Assembly: GCA_964016885.1 (NCBI GenBank)
Contig: OZ024746.1
Coordinates: 66,898,001 to 66,962,000 of the forward strand
DNA from: Eledone cirrhosa
Taxonomy: Eukaryota
Length of the DNA: 64,000 bases
Reading direction: 5' to 3'
Below the pieces are notes generated by a model, which saw nothing but the letters and a program-made list of their open reading frames with translations, did not search any database and was not told the origin of the DNA. The position numbers and the translations under genes are program-made. Positions 26,101-39,475 of the stretch are shown here, piece after piece; within the stretch, counting starts at the first letter, position 1, and every line of letters starts with the position of its first letter.

Positions 26101-27110
26101 CGCGTCTTTCCGCAGCTCGTCTCCTTGACGGGGCTGCAGTCCTGGGTCAGGCGAAGACCGAGAGGGAGCGCTTGGAGACTGGAATGTCTTCAGGCGCTCA
26201 CAGCCCTCGACCAGTCGGGCAATGTGATCGGTGGAAACTCCACCTTAGCGTTCTATAGAGGATTAGTGGAGGGGAAGAGCACGACGTACTTGGGGAAACT
26301 CTAGGCGTCTTCGGAAGAATTTTCGGGCCGGGGCCTATGGACAACATCCAGAAATCCCTGGCCTTGCAGTGCTACCGAGGAACTTTGCCAGTTCGGGATA
26401 AACTCTACAGGCATGGAAGTGCCGTCAGCGGCGCATGTCCGAGATGCGCGCAGGGCGACGAAATCGTCCTCCACGCACTCGTACCGTGTCCGAGCATTGC
26501 TGACTTGTGGGTTTATGTCGAACACCTGCTGTCGGGTGTAGGACGCATCCGGCTATCAGCTGAGTCCATCGTGAGCATTGCCCCGCCCTCTTCCTTTAGC
26601 CAGGAAGGTCAGGCAGTGTTTATCTGTCTGGTAGCCATGGCGAAAGAGATAGTATGGTGGACGCGTTTGAAAGGGCTGAAGACGAGCACTTTACCTCTTC
26701 GGTGATGCCTTGATTAACTTTTTAAAATTTCAGTTAAAAAGAAAAATCAGGGTAGAGAGGGAAGGGTTCTCTTCCCAGCATTTTGATGAAAGATGGGTGA
26801 GAGAGGCAAGAATGGCCCGTGTGAATTGGCCTGCTCTGAGTATGTGCCTGAAAATTGTAGGTGGAAAACTGGGAGAGGGTACTTGCCCAGGTGGTCAAGG
26901 TCACCTTGGCTTTTTTTAATGGGCTTTCTCCACGAATGTCCCTCGGAAGTCTCCCTCTTATTGGGGAATCTTTCATTGTTTCTTTTTTGTTACATCCACT
27001 GTTTTTTTTGTTTTTTTACACGCAGAAATGCTCATTTGTACCGTCCTGTATTGTCCTGCACTGTCCTTAATGTCTACTTTATGTAAACCCTTGTGGTTAA
27101 TAAAGAAATC
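23114..27110 (+). mobile_element. L1/Tx1-clade LINE copy 2, degenerate, with about 1.9 kb internal deletion and a divergent 5' end
   Basis: 24065-27110 aligns closely to 10145-13298 with many frameshifts and stops. The ORF1 remnant is homologous mainly at protein level (EELNVAKRMV...CTVSY...RRVERASE). Same AATAAAGAAATC end; (ATT)n on both flanks. Confidence 0.92.
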
Positions 27111-27151
27111 ATTATTATTATTATTACTATTATTATTATTATTATTATTAT

Positions 27152-27393
27152 TGTTCTTTGAGTCTCAGTCATTGATGTTATTTAACTGGAAAGTTTGTTG
27201 AAATGAATATCAAGCCGCTACCTGCAGCCTCAGATATTCAGGACGTATCAGAGTGTTCTTGCTGTTCCCAGCAAGCATGCCTTTTGAAGTGTTCCAAAAA
27301 GCGGGGCTGGACTAACTTTCTTTAACCATCCTTGGAAACTCTTTGAGATAGTACCTAGTGTGCCTATGACAATCGGGACGACTCTCACTTCGG
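27152..27393 (-). mobile_element. R4/Dong-clade non-LTR retrotransposon 3' fragment
   Basis: Minus strand translates EVRVVPIVIGTLGTISKSFQGWLKKV...LQKACLLGTARTL*YVLNI*, the typical C-terminus of R4/NeSL-type restriction-like endonuclease elements. It ends in (TAA)n. Confidence 0.75.
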
Positions 27394-27466
27394 TTAATTT
27401 TCTCCCTCACCTTTTCTTGCACCCTCGTGTCAAATGGGCAGGCTACATCTACAATCAGGCACGATC

Positions 27467-27504
<38 letters not shown>

Positions 27505-27512
27505 AATATTAT

Positions 27513-27729
27513 AAGGGCGGTGGATTGTCAGTATCGGTAGCGGGTCGGACGCCATGTTTTGACGCATAGAGTTACGGCCCTTGCCATTCTGAGTTCAAAT
27601 CCCGCCGAAGTTAACTTTGCCTTTCATCCTTACGGTGTCGATAAAATAAAGTACCAGTCAAGCACTGGGGTCGATTTAATCGACTTTCCCCTCCCCCCAA
27701 ATTACTGGCCTTGTGCCTATATAAGAAAC

Positions 27730-27731
<2 letters not shown>
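27513..27731 (+). mobile_element. tRNA-derived SINE, long-tail subfamily
   Basis: Full head, core and tail, lying between (ATT)n tracts. Confidence 0.9.
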
Positions 27732-27776
<45 letters not shown>

Positions 27777-28574
27777 CCATAATCTATGATAAGATATTTA
27801 AATATCTTTGAAATATAATAATGTGGCCAGAAATTACGAGGCAAAATTATTTGACAGGTTACGAAGGCAATTATTTTCTCATATATTGTAGTTGATCATA
27901 TTACGCAACTGATACATATGACTGTGCATGGAAAATATCATAAATTCTAATATCTTGCGCATATGTTGGTATTTGAAAAGATGCTTTTTTTATGTATGCA
28001 CTTAATTTAAATGCTTAGGTGGACATAGAAAAGTTGTTGACGATCTTCGATCTTTCACTTTGTAGTTCCATATACAATTAATAATATTTACATAAAATCG
28101 GAAATATTACATAATAAAATATGCATGATCACATAAGGTTCATAAGAAAATACAAATCTATTATTCATTGTTTCCCCAATACATGCACATGCACATGCAC
28201 ACACAGATGTATAAATCTAAGCACATGCATAGACACACACATGCATATACGCACACATTTATAGATGTTTAAATTAGTGTAGGCTGTCGTATTGCTAATA
28301 GCAAGATCTATCGGTATTTTCGTTTCCATTGGACAACATCGGTGACATTGAGACGGGAGATTTGCATGCTTGAGTGTCCCCACTTCTCATACCAAAGGTT
28401 TCCAAGGCCTGCACCTTAGAGTCTGTCTGATTACTGCAAGCATTTGGGCTGCCATAAACGGTGGGAGAGCTACAACATATATATATATATATATATAACG
28501 AAGGAAATGTGGTAAGGAACCAGGTGGACCATAACGCACCAAAGTACTCAATACTTGAGGTAGTAGAGTGGGTA

Positions 28575-28667
28575 ATAGGAACCAGTAAGACCCCGACAGC
28601 TGAGCTCAAGCCGTTTCGAATTAGCCGTCGAAACGGCTTGAGCTCAGCTGTCGGGGTCTTACTGGTT

Positions 28668-28672
<5 letters not shown>
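28575..28672. repeat. Perfect 45-bp inverted repeat with an 8-nt loop
   Basis: ATAGGAACC...GTTTCGA / ATTAGCCG / TCGAAAC...GGTTCCTAT. Confidence 0.95.
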
Positions 28673-28728
<56 letters not shown>

Positions 28729-28729
<1 letters not shown>

Positions 28730-28912
28730 ATTGTTTCTACTTTGGGCCCAAGGCCAGCAATTACCCCACTACATCACTAGTACTTTATTTTATCGACCCC
28801 GTAAGGATGAAAGGCAAAGTTAACCTCGGCGGGATTTGAACTCAGAATTGCAAGGGACGTAACTCCATGCGTCAAAGCATGGCGTCCGACCCTCTACCGA
28901 TACTGCCAACCC
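28729..28912 (-). mobile_element. tRNA-derived SINE
   Basis: Reverse complement of the 6371 family. Confidence 0.9.
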
Positions 28913-29433
28913 ATATATATATATATATATATATATATAAGCAAGAAAGTGTTGGTAAAATCCAGTACTTCAGTATGCGGATATGGAGCACTCAACGAAG
29001 ATATAAGTTCCGGAGTTATATGCAAGTTATGTGCAAGTCAACCAACATAAGTCTTTTTATATGTAAACCTTCTAAGTATTTGACTCTAACCATCATTTTC
29101 AGTAGTACCACCCCACATAAATTCCTCAATTTAAGAATGACCTGTAGTATCGAATTTCATACTATAAACCACAATTGAATCTTACCAGGAATGCTTTTTG
29201 TAAAAATCAGTCATATGGAACTATTGTCATCTTGCCTGACGGTTTGAACTTTACAACACCACAGACGTCTTTGAGGTCAAATATCAATCCTACTAGCATC
29301 TACAAACTGACCAACGAAAATTAAGATTATTCCTGCTGTCAACATTAAACTATCCCTAACAAGCTCATATGTCCAAAGGCTCTGAAACCATCAACACTAA
29401 AAACACAGAGCTGGCATATCAAAGAACTGACTA

Positions 29434-29489
29434 ACTGCCTGATGAAGTCATAGCCATACAATGGCTATCATCGAAATATATATAGCAGT
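29434..29489 (+). ncRNA. Type I minimal hammerhead ribozyme (family B)
   Basis: Stem I ACTGC/GCAGT; CTGATGA at 29439; stem II ATAGCCAT aca ATGGCTAT with an imperfect base; GAAA at 29473; palindromic stem III ATATATAT; cleavage predicted after A29484. Confidence 0.8.
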
Positions 29490-29554
29490 AAATAAAATAT
29501 TATGAGTTCATGCAATTGACTTATGTTTCGTCACTATATATATATATATATATA

Positions 29555-29595
<41 letters not shown>

Positions 29596-30900
29596 GCGTG
29601 TGTGTGTGTGTGTATTTGTGTGTGTGTGTATTTGCGTGTGTGTGTGAGTGTGTGCGTGCGTGTGCATATACATATATATAAAATAACCTCCTTCGGTCAC
29701 GAATGGCCATAGTGTATGCATCTAGAAATTCCCTGACGCTGTTCCAGCCCAGGCAAGGTGTATTTTGTAGAATACCACCAGTTGTCCATGCGAAACTGTC
29801 TCGCCTCTTTAAAATAGAAATTATTCAATTCACACTATACGTTTCTCATAAAATGAGAACATATTTGACTCTTTAAATTAAGATATACAATAAACGATAC
29901 GAGTTCCGCGACTGCCCCACATTTGCCCATATGTCTGTTATATCCAGTTAAACAACATCAGTATTATGATGTGACAAATGCGTGTGTATGTTTGTACGAG
30001 TACAATTTTCTTACATTAAAATCAAATATAGAACTAATTTGAAACAGTATGCTTACAATATGTGTTAACGTTTGCTCAAGAAATGTGTCGTTGAATATGT
30101 AATTTAAGTAGAGAAGGGTTTTAATTGTGTTCATTCTTCAGAACACTACTAAAATTACAGTGGGTCTGGTTTTATGACTTTTGTTTTCTGAAGAACTTGT
30201 TGAAAATTGATTCAAAATGTAATAATATTGAACTATATTTACCGTCAGAATCAGTAAAACTGAATGCAATGTTTTATTTTTGGCTATATAAAACCAGTCA
30301 AAACCTGAAAGAATATTTTATATTTTATCTCGTATACAATCTATCTGTTGAAAAAGTTTTCTGTCATGAAATGTCTTTGATTTTTATAATAATATTTTAT
30401 TTTTATATTTAGAATAATTTTTCAAATAATAATTGAATAATTTAAATTAGCAATTTCAAATTATTGAAGTTATTTATTTTTGGCGTTAAATCTGTTCAGG
30501 CTATAAATATACATATGCTCTATTCAATTAGCCCATGCCTGCACCCTCTAGCAGAACATATTGCTAAAACATTTCCATACACGATCATCTGTACATTATT
30601 TCAGCTATTATGAATATATCTATGGTAACATTTCTTTTTAAAATTGCTTAGTGTAATCACAGTGATATTTTTGTCTTATGTGTATTATTTGGAAACGTCA
30701 CGAGGTTTCTACCGTGTTTATCAACATATACGACCTAATTCAGTATAGGCGACGTTCTGTGCAAGACGTTCTGATTTTGCCAAGAATTTTCCTTTCCTTA
30801 ATTTCAAAATTATATATTTGTAAGGACTAAACATTTGATCCTTTATATTAAATACAATATAGTCCTGAATTATATGAAAGTTTATTTGCAATATATATAT

Positions 30901-31086
30901 AATTGTTTCTACTTTAGGCACAAGGCCAGCAAATAACCAGTGCATTACTGGTACTTTATTTTATCGACCCCGTAAGGATGAAAGGCAAAGTCAACCTCGG
31001 CGGGATTTGAACTCAGATCGTAAAGGGACGTAACTATGCTGGAAAGCATGTCGTCCCACACTCTACCGATACTGCCAATCCACCGC
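30901..31086 (-). mobile_element. tRNA-derived SINE
   Basis: Reverse complement of the 6371 family. Confidence 0.9.
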
Positions 31087-32469
31087 ACTTATATATATAT
31101 AATACAATGTGTTAATATTAATATATGTACTCCCTAATGTAATTTTCTTGTGTGAGGAGAGGTACTGTCATAAATGCCGGAACCTCTTAACTACGCTTGT
31201 TAGAAGTGACGGCTTAACTTATTCCATAAGTTTAATCTAAATGATCAGAAATAAGTACGTTGCATTGCAACATTGCATTTTTGTAGCTGTGTTATATTGG
31301 CATAAGTGGTGAGAGTTTCGTCTACTTGAATACTTAATATTTTAGAGCGATATGAAGATTCCAGTGAGGTATCGCATACTTTGTGCTGCCACATTTTGAA
31401 TGGAAACCAAACCGACACAGCGAAATGTCCCAGAACACAACAATCATATTGAAATCGATTTAGATGTGTCAAATTTCAATTTAATTCCAGTTACAACGAT
31501 ATTCCTACTTAAATTCGAATTGCAACACTGAAAGTCTGTTGGAAAAGCCACAAAAACAATATTTCAAAGTAGATTGATGGGCTAGCTTACATCATTTTAA
31601 AATGAATGAGGTATGGGTTCCACGCCAGACATGTTTTTTCTTTCCAAATGTATGTGTCAGTGCTTGTTTGTATATATTCGTGCATGCGTCTATGTATGAG
31701 TCTCTTTGCGTGTACTTGGTATTGTAATTAGTGTTTGATAAATGGAGTTTCGCTCAATATATCATTCGGTCGAGCATTTACGTAAAAGATTTCGAATTTA
31801 ATTGAATGATGGCGAACGCTAATTTTCTTATTTAAATTAACTTTCATACGAATAAACAGTCTTCCAACGCACAACCATATCAATGACATGTATGCGCTCT
31901 ACAACAGTATAAGAAACATAAAAAAATGATTTACGTGTATAAATTAATCTAGTTAGATGATTAAATATCAACAATATATTGATTAATTATCTTAAATACA
32001 TTTACGATCATGATGTTTCAAGTATACAAGCCCCTTCTCGAATGCATAAAGAGATAGTAAAAGATAAATAAAATAAATGATCTTTTTTTAGATTGTTATT
32101 TTATCCGGAAACAAGTAAAATTGCTTTCAGCAACAATTACTTTGTATGACATTTCACAAATGTACACATTAATTTGAAGAATGTGTTTTACATACGGCTG
32201 ATTGTAATCTATATATTTCCTCCACCCCTATGTCAAATGTGTTATCGTATATTTTATTTCGTCCACAGTTACGTTTCATCGTGTAAGTTCAATACACTTT
32301 GGGGAAAAATAGACTGGTTTCAAAACTGTATTAAATGACACAACTAACGTCAGAGTGCATGCAGATGTATGATACGACTGTTGAACTTGTGTTATAAAAA
32401 TTGTATCAATAGCGAAAGAGGACGATACGATATTCTCTGCTCATAGCCCTCGTTCGTGTAGGTTCTATT

Positions 32470-32847
<378 letters not shown>

Positions 32848-33302
32848 GTGAGAGAGAGAATAAAAGAAAAAGAGAGTGGAATGAGTGAGAGAGAAGGTGA
32901 TTGGTGACAGTGGCTGTCATGGTTTGGGAAATCATTAACTTGAGAAAGACTTGTGCAATGGACCGAAAATGAAGGCCGTTCATTTTTATCATGACTACAG
33001 AGACTATTGTTTGACACGTAGGAAAATGAGTGCTAATGATACCTTCAATTACAGAGAGTGCTTTTTCTCATCAGATGATATTACTCCACGACAGTCCATA
33101 AGATTGAAGGGCTAACGTTTGATTCATCCGTCCGTGTATCTCAATTGCCATACAGACACGAAGTCATGTTCCTCACTAATTAACGTATGTGTGGCCTCTA
33201 ACCAGTTGGGTTTGAATTTTAATAATACGAACATAATTAGATTCTTGAGTGAGGTAGGAAACGACCGAAGCTGTTTCCAATTTATTCAATAAGCATCCTG
33301 TA

Positions 33303-33340
<38 letters not shown>

Positions 33341-33342
<2 letters not shown>

Positions 33343-33528
33343 CGATATATTAACAAATGGAAACTATATTTATAAAACCATATTTATTTCATTATACATA
33401 TTACAATGACCCCAAGTTAAATTATGGTGTGCTTTCATCAGATAAAATATAATATAGATCAGTTTTATAAATAAATATTGACATACCCTTAAATAATGCG
33501 ACCATTACTGTTGGAAGCTCCCGGATAG

Positions 33529-33530
<2 letters not shown>
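33341..33530 (-). mobile_element. Family A HHR element with a decayed ribozyme (GAAA to GTAA)
   Basis: Reverse homolog of 4960-5141, with (TA)n on both sides. Confidence 0.7.
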
Positions 33531-33572
<42 letters not shown>

Positions 33573-33891
33573 AATCATCTAATATGTAATTGATCTTTAA
33601 CATTTAGTAGTTGTTTCTATTTAAAGCTTGAAATAATTCCAGGGTCAGCTAGTACGTTATAAAAATATGTATTAGGTTGAGGCGAAATTGTTAGATTCTA
33701 ATCTATTATAAATTAAGGAAAATAGAATTAAGCGAGTAGGTGTGCATTTTACAGAGAAAATATGGAGCAGACTCTATATAAGAGAAATATAAAGGTTCTA
33801 TCTCCCCAGATATACAGTTTATTTTCAAGTAACAAGCCAATATAAAGGTCTATTTCATCATAACATACCAGATACAAATCCATCTCTATAT

Positions 33892-34102
33892 AATGGTTTC
33901 TTATATAGGCACAACGCCACCTATTTTCAGAGAGGGGAAAGTCGATTAAATCGACCCCAGTGCGTGACTGGTACTTTATTTTATCGACCCAGTTAAAATA
34001 AAAGGCAAAGTTAACCTCGGCGGGATTTGAACTCAGGTCATAAAGAGCCTAACTCTATGCTGCAAAGCATGTTGTCCGACGCCCTAACGATACTGCCAAT
34101 CC
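33892..34102 (-). mobile_element. tRNA-derived SINE, long-tail subfamily
   Basis: Family core and head. Confidence 0.9.
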
Positions 34103-34426
34103 AAACAAATTTGCTTCCATTGCACGTATCAGCATGCCATGATATTAATTGGGCAGTATATTATCAATTAAATTTCAAATGTTCCCATTAGAAATACACA
34201 CAGCATACAAACACACACACACATCTACAACAGTAGTGAACAACACAAAACCGTCATGACTAAGAATCCATGTTGCAAGAAGCGATATTATAACAGTTTT
34301 TAACACGTTTTATCTCACTTATTTGTGCCAATTATTTCCTCCTCACAGTTACCTATAGCTTACTGCTCCAGCATCACTTCTAGCTTCACTCTCATTCATC
34401 ATGTAACTGCAGAGAAATATGCAACT

Positions 34427-34522
<96 letters not shown>

Positions 34523-35403
34523 TATGTTTCAATTTATGTTAGTGTCCGGATTCAATACATGAACGTTCATTATGCAAACAATCATCCATCATCAAGTATT
34601 GTTTGATAATTTTAAAAGGAAACTAAATTTTTTCATCTGAATTCTTATCAGTGCGATAACTCTTTTGTAAACAATATTCCTTTAGTACTTAACGTTTATA
34701 AAAGATCACTTTGTCTCACATACAAACTAAAAACGAATATATATTTTAGCATGCTTCGCGTTGGATTTCTAATATGTTCTTTTTGGAAGAGATTATAAAT
34801 AACATTTAAAAGCATCGTGTCGAATTGACATACAAATGTCAGCAAGCAATTAGTTACAAGACGTGAGATTTGAATTTGGTTCTATGAACATATATATTTC
34901 TTCAATCGGATTTAAATAGACTGGAGTTCAAATATAATTTGTTCTTACACATTGTCATGGCGGATAGATGGCTGCTATCGTATGATTTTATTCGCTTATA
35001 GTCACTGGAATCCATGGAAACTAGATACACATTAAACAGTATATATTGTGCCGCCATATGCATTGTGTAAAGTCGTAATATTTATAACATTGGTAATGTT
35101 AATCTATAACTATACACACACACACGTACATACATGCTTACATCTATCCACGCCACAAATGTTGTCCAAAGAAAAGGCAATAGCCGAGACACCTCGGGAC
35201 CGATGACGTAGCAACTAACTTCCACAGCAATACTAAATATAGTTTCTTATTCAATGATACAACACATCATCTTTTGCACTAGCGGTGACAGAGATAAATA
35301 AGCGACGATAATAATATTTCTGGGTAATTGCCCTTTGTCAAGTTTGTTTATCTCTGTCACAATCTTGAACTCTTGAGATTACAAAGTATTCTCTAAAGTA
35401 TAC

Positions 35404-35481
<78 letters not shown>

Positions 35482-35597
35482 ACACACACACATAGATAGT
35501 ATTAACAATTGGAAATACCAACGGAAACAGTATTTCCTCGGTCCGATTTGAAGAAAGAAGTCGATCAACTGTCGATATATATATATATATATATATA

Positions 35598-35823
35598 TCA
35601 TGTGTGAACAACGCAAGAGGAATTTAATCGGTATATATATATACGCGCACATACACATTGTATGTGTAAATCTAAATAAGTATGTGCAAATACGGAAACA
35701 AAAGTACATACACATTATAATGTTCTTTGTTGGCTTAATAGTTTATTTCCTTTCCCAATCGTGTAACCGGCTGAGTAAAGGTTTTGTGGTCGATTAAATT
35801 CATCTTGCGTTGTTCACACATGA
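35598..35823. repeat. 33-bp inverted repeats (1 mismatch) flanking 160 bp
   Basis: TCATGTGTGAACAACGCAAGAGGAATTTAATCG at 35598-35630 versus CGATTAAATTCATCTTGCGTTGTTCACACATGA at 35791-35823. Confidence 0.85.
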
Positions 35824-36153
35824 CACTATAATGAAAATCCCAGAGTAATTAATTCTAAGAACAATTTAATTTGTCACTTTTTATGATCGTCACATTGTAA
35901 ATAGAATTCAAGTTGTAAGACTTTATATCATTAATTCTCTATATGATTCCTCCCTTGTTGATAATTTCTTAAGTAGGGGCTTAAATAACATATTAAACTA
36001 TTTCCTTGCAGACATGTCAGCGATTATATATGTAGTCTCACTATAAAAACTGTCCTTTTTATATGTTCATTTGTAAATGCATTGAGATATATTTTTTCTC
36101 ACCCTATTCTAAAAAAAGATTCTAGGAATACATACACTTGCAGATATCTAATA

Positions 36154-36325
36154 ACTGTTTCTACTTTTGGCACAAGGCCAGCAATTATCACAGTGCATTA
36201 CTGGTACTTTACTTTATCGACCCCGTAAGGATGAAAGGCTAAGTTAACCTTGGCGGGATTTGAACTCAGATCATAAAGGGAGGTAACTCTATGCGTCAAA
36301 GCATGGCATCTGACCCTCTACCGAA
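36154..36325 (-). mobile_element. tRNA-derived SINE
   Basis: Family core; slightly 5'-truncated. Confidence 0.88.
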
Positions 36326-39305
36326 CATCTTCTGTAAACCTTGTTCATGTAAATTAAATGTTAAATCCTTTAGACCTCTATAAATCCATTGAAGAAGTTT
36401 CGTATAGAAACGTTTATAACGCATATATATATATTTATTTATTACTGGAATCGGAATTAGAAGCAACGCCTCACAGTGAACAGTAATTTCATACTATTTG
36501 GGGATCGTCGTGATTGTCTGAATTTGGATGTCTTTCCATTCATCTAAATCATAGCCTCTCTATGATGTATCGCATGAGGTGGAGGTTTTAATGTATGAAC
36601 CTGCTACGGATTGCACGCCTATTTCACTACTTTACACAGCCGTTGCTGCGAATGTAGTTTTGTTGTTGATGTTGGCGATGGTGACATTATCTGTAAGTGG
36701 TAATAGTGGTAACGTTGATAATGATGGAGGTGGGGACTTTACGCTGGAGATTTTGAGTCACTGTCACGTGACTGCTGGCTTAAAACGAGCGTTTCTCCTC
36801 TATATATTTAACATCGGTATACCTGAAAGTACAAACCAATTCTCAGATATTTGGACTGAAGGCCCAAATGTTATGGAGTTTCCTTTCTTGATCCCCTTAA
36901 GATAAAAATAATTAAACAGATATTGGTTAAACAACTTAAAACAACAAACTAACTGAAGCTCAAAATGACACGCCTTCGCATATCAGTCACCAATATAATA
37001 ATAACAATATTAATAATAATAAATAACTACAAAAATAATATATTGATATAACAATGTTCGAAATCCATGTATTTATGTTACAAAATTGCTATGCTATTGG
37101 CGTCATTAATCAATAATGTCTAGCAAATATTAAGAGCATTTATTACATATTGTTTATTTCCTTACGTTCTGTCATTGATCCGCGATTGTTATTATTGTTG
37201 TTGTTGTTATTGTTGGTGATGTTGTTACTGCTGTTCATATAGTTGTTCTTGTTATTTATCATAGTTCATTTTACTTTACCCGAACAATTGTTTCCTATTT
37301 CGCTTCTTGGTCTATCCAACCATAAAATTGCTTCTATAATTTTCTAAACTATATTGAACATGTTTAATCCGGGTGTTACATCGCTTTGGTCATTTAACCA
37401 GATTTATGATAAAATCGATAATTTCGGAAGTATGTTACTCAATTACTGTATTGCCTCATACTACACACTTGTGAGGAGTACGTACATACCGAAAGAGGCA
37501 TATAAATGTTAAGTAATTTCATTTCCTCCTATAAATATTAATGGTACGCATTAAGTCGGATTGTACTTTCGATCCCTTTTGTAATGGATGTTGTTAAGTA
37601 GAAATGCAATATAGCCAACTGATTTTTTATCATGTTATTCATTGTGTATTCACTCATGTATTACTAGGGCATCAATTACCCTATAAAAGTTATAAATAAA
37701 ACAGTGCAAGAAACTGAGCTATAATGAACTCGTAATACTTGATGCAAAGAATATTAACCTCAGCAACTAATGTTTTTAATATTCGATAACAACACGATGT
37801 AAGTTGATAGGGGTTTCTCTCGTGTGGCCATTGTAAAACTTCTTTTTCACCTAATGCTAGTGTGTCTCGTTAGAAAGCGAAATATATGACATGATTTTTA
37901 AACCAACTTTCCATGTATTTTCGTTTTATTTATGCATGCTAGAAACATACGTGTGTGTTTGGCACTTGTCCTATATTAATATTGTATTTCCATGTAAAAT
38001 AGTAGTAGTTACCAATCCTCTTACATTTCTATATGTATATGTATTAATATTTTCAAAACCTTTGGAAAGAGAGAAGATACGCAGTATGGCATATGAAGAA
38101 GTATATGGGAATATTGCATAGAAGAACGTATATATATATACAAAATGATATCGTTGAAATATATATAATATATTGCATATCATGAAGTATGGTACAAGCA
38201 TATATCTATAATATATCAGATGAAAAATATATACGTGATATATCATACGAGAGAAATAACAACAATTGAATTTGGTAATGTATATCTATGGTGTAGCACA
38301 AGCGAAGGTATATCTATACTATAACATATGATATTGCATATATGAAATATAGCACAGGAGAAAGAGCTGGCTGAGAAACACATTCATATGGAATATATAT
38401 AAAATATTATAACCTCTATATGACTTCTATTAACATATATCTATGATATGACATGTGAAACCTATAAAATATTGCATATGTGTAATATGATACATGAAAA
38501 TATATATCTTCATGGGAATGTGACATATCTAAATTTGTATGCTTAATATGGCACCTAAGTAAATATATAGACAGTATAGAATATTAGACATACTTAAATG
38601 TTGAAATTAAGATGAGATAATGCTAACGAAAATGATTTATTATCTAACATCTAATATCCCTAGGCATTATATTCTTACATTATATGATAGTTGATTCATA
38701 TATCTCACATATATCAACTACGAATCTCCTAAATGTTATCTGATAATTCGAAGATAAATGTAATCATTAGATAATAGTAAATGAGGGAAGATATGTTGTT
38801 CATAATGATTTGATACATTTTTCTTACTTTAGATACCGTGAGTATATTATTGTTAATGGAAGTAAAATGTTATTTTGAAAATGAGATTTACATGATGGTT
38901 TTTATCATTTTTTGAATTTGCCTTTGGAATGTTTTAGTCTGTTGCTCCCTCTGTCATTCCCTTCCACCCACTGTATATATATATATATATATATAAGAGC
39001 GTGAAACTAATAAATATTTGTTTGTACTACCTCTCTGTTTTGTTCCCGTTTCATTTTTCACTATATATATATATATATATATGTATATCATATTATAATA
39101 AATTATATTAATTGTAAGTTTTAAACGGAGTTATTTAATTAGAAATGGTAATTTGAAATATTTCTGTCTCACAGCAGTTTTGTTATATTGTTTAATTAAC
39201 ACATAATAATTTAATAATTTATAAATATATATATATTGTATATACCTACATTTGGAATTTTCTAGTAAATAGCAGGAAAGTATTCGTAGCTTGCAGTATT
39301 CATAT

Positions 39306-39475
39306 AATTGTTTCTACTTTTGGCACAAGGCCCGCAATTATCCCAGTACATTACTGGTACTTTATTTTATCGACCCCGTAAGGATGAAAGGCAAAGTTAA
39401 CATCGGCGGGATTTGAACTCAGATCGTAAAGGGATGTAACTCTCCTGGAAAGCATGTCCGACCCTCTACCGATAA
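39306..39475 (-). mobile_element. tRNA-derived SINE
   Basis: Family core. Confidence 0.88.
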
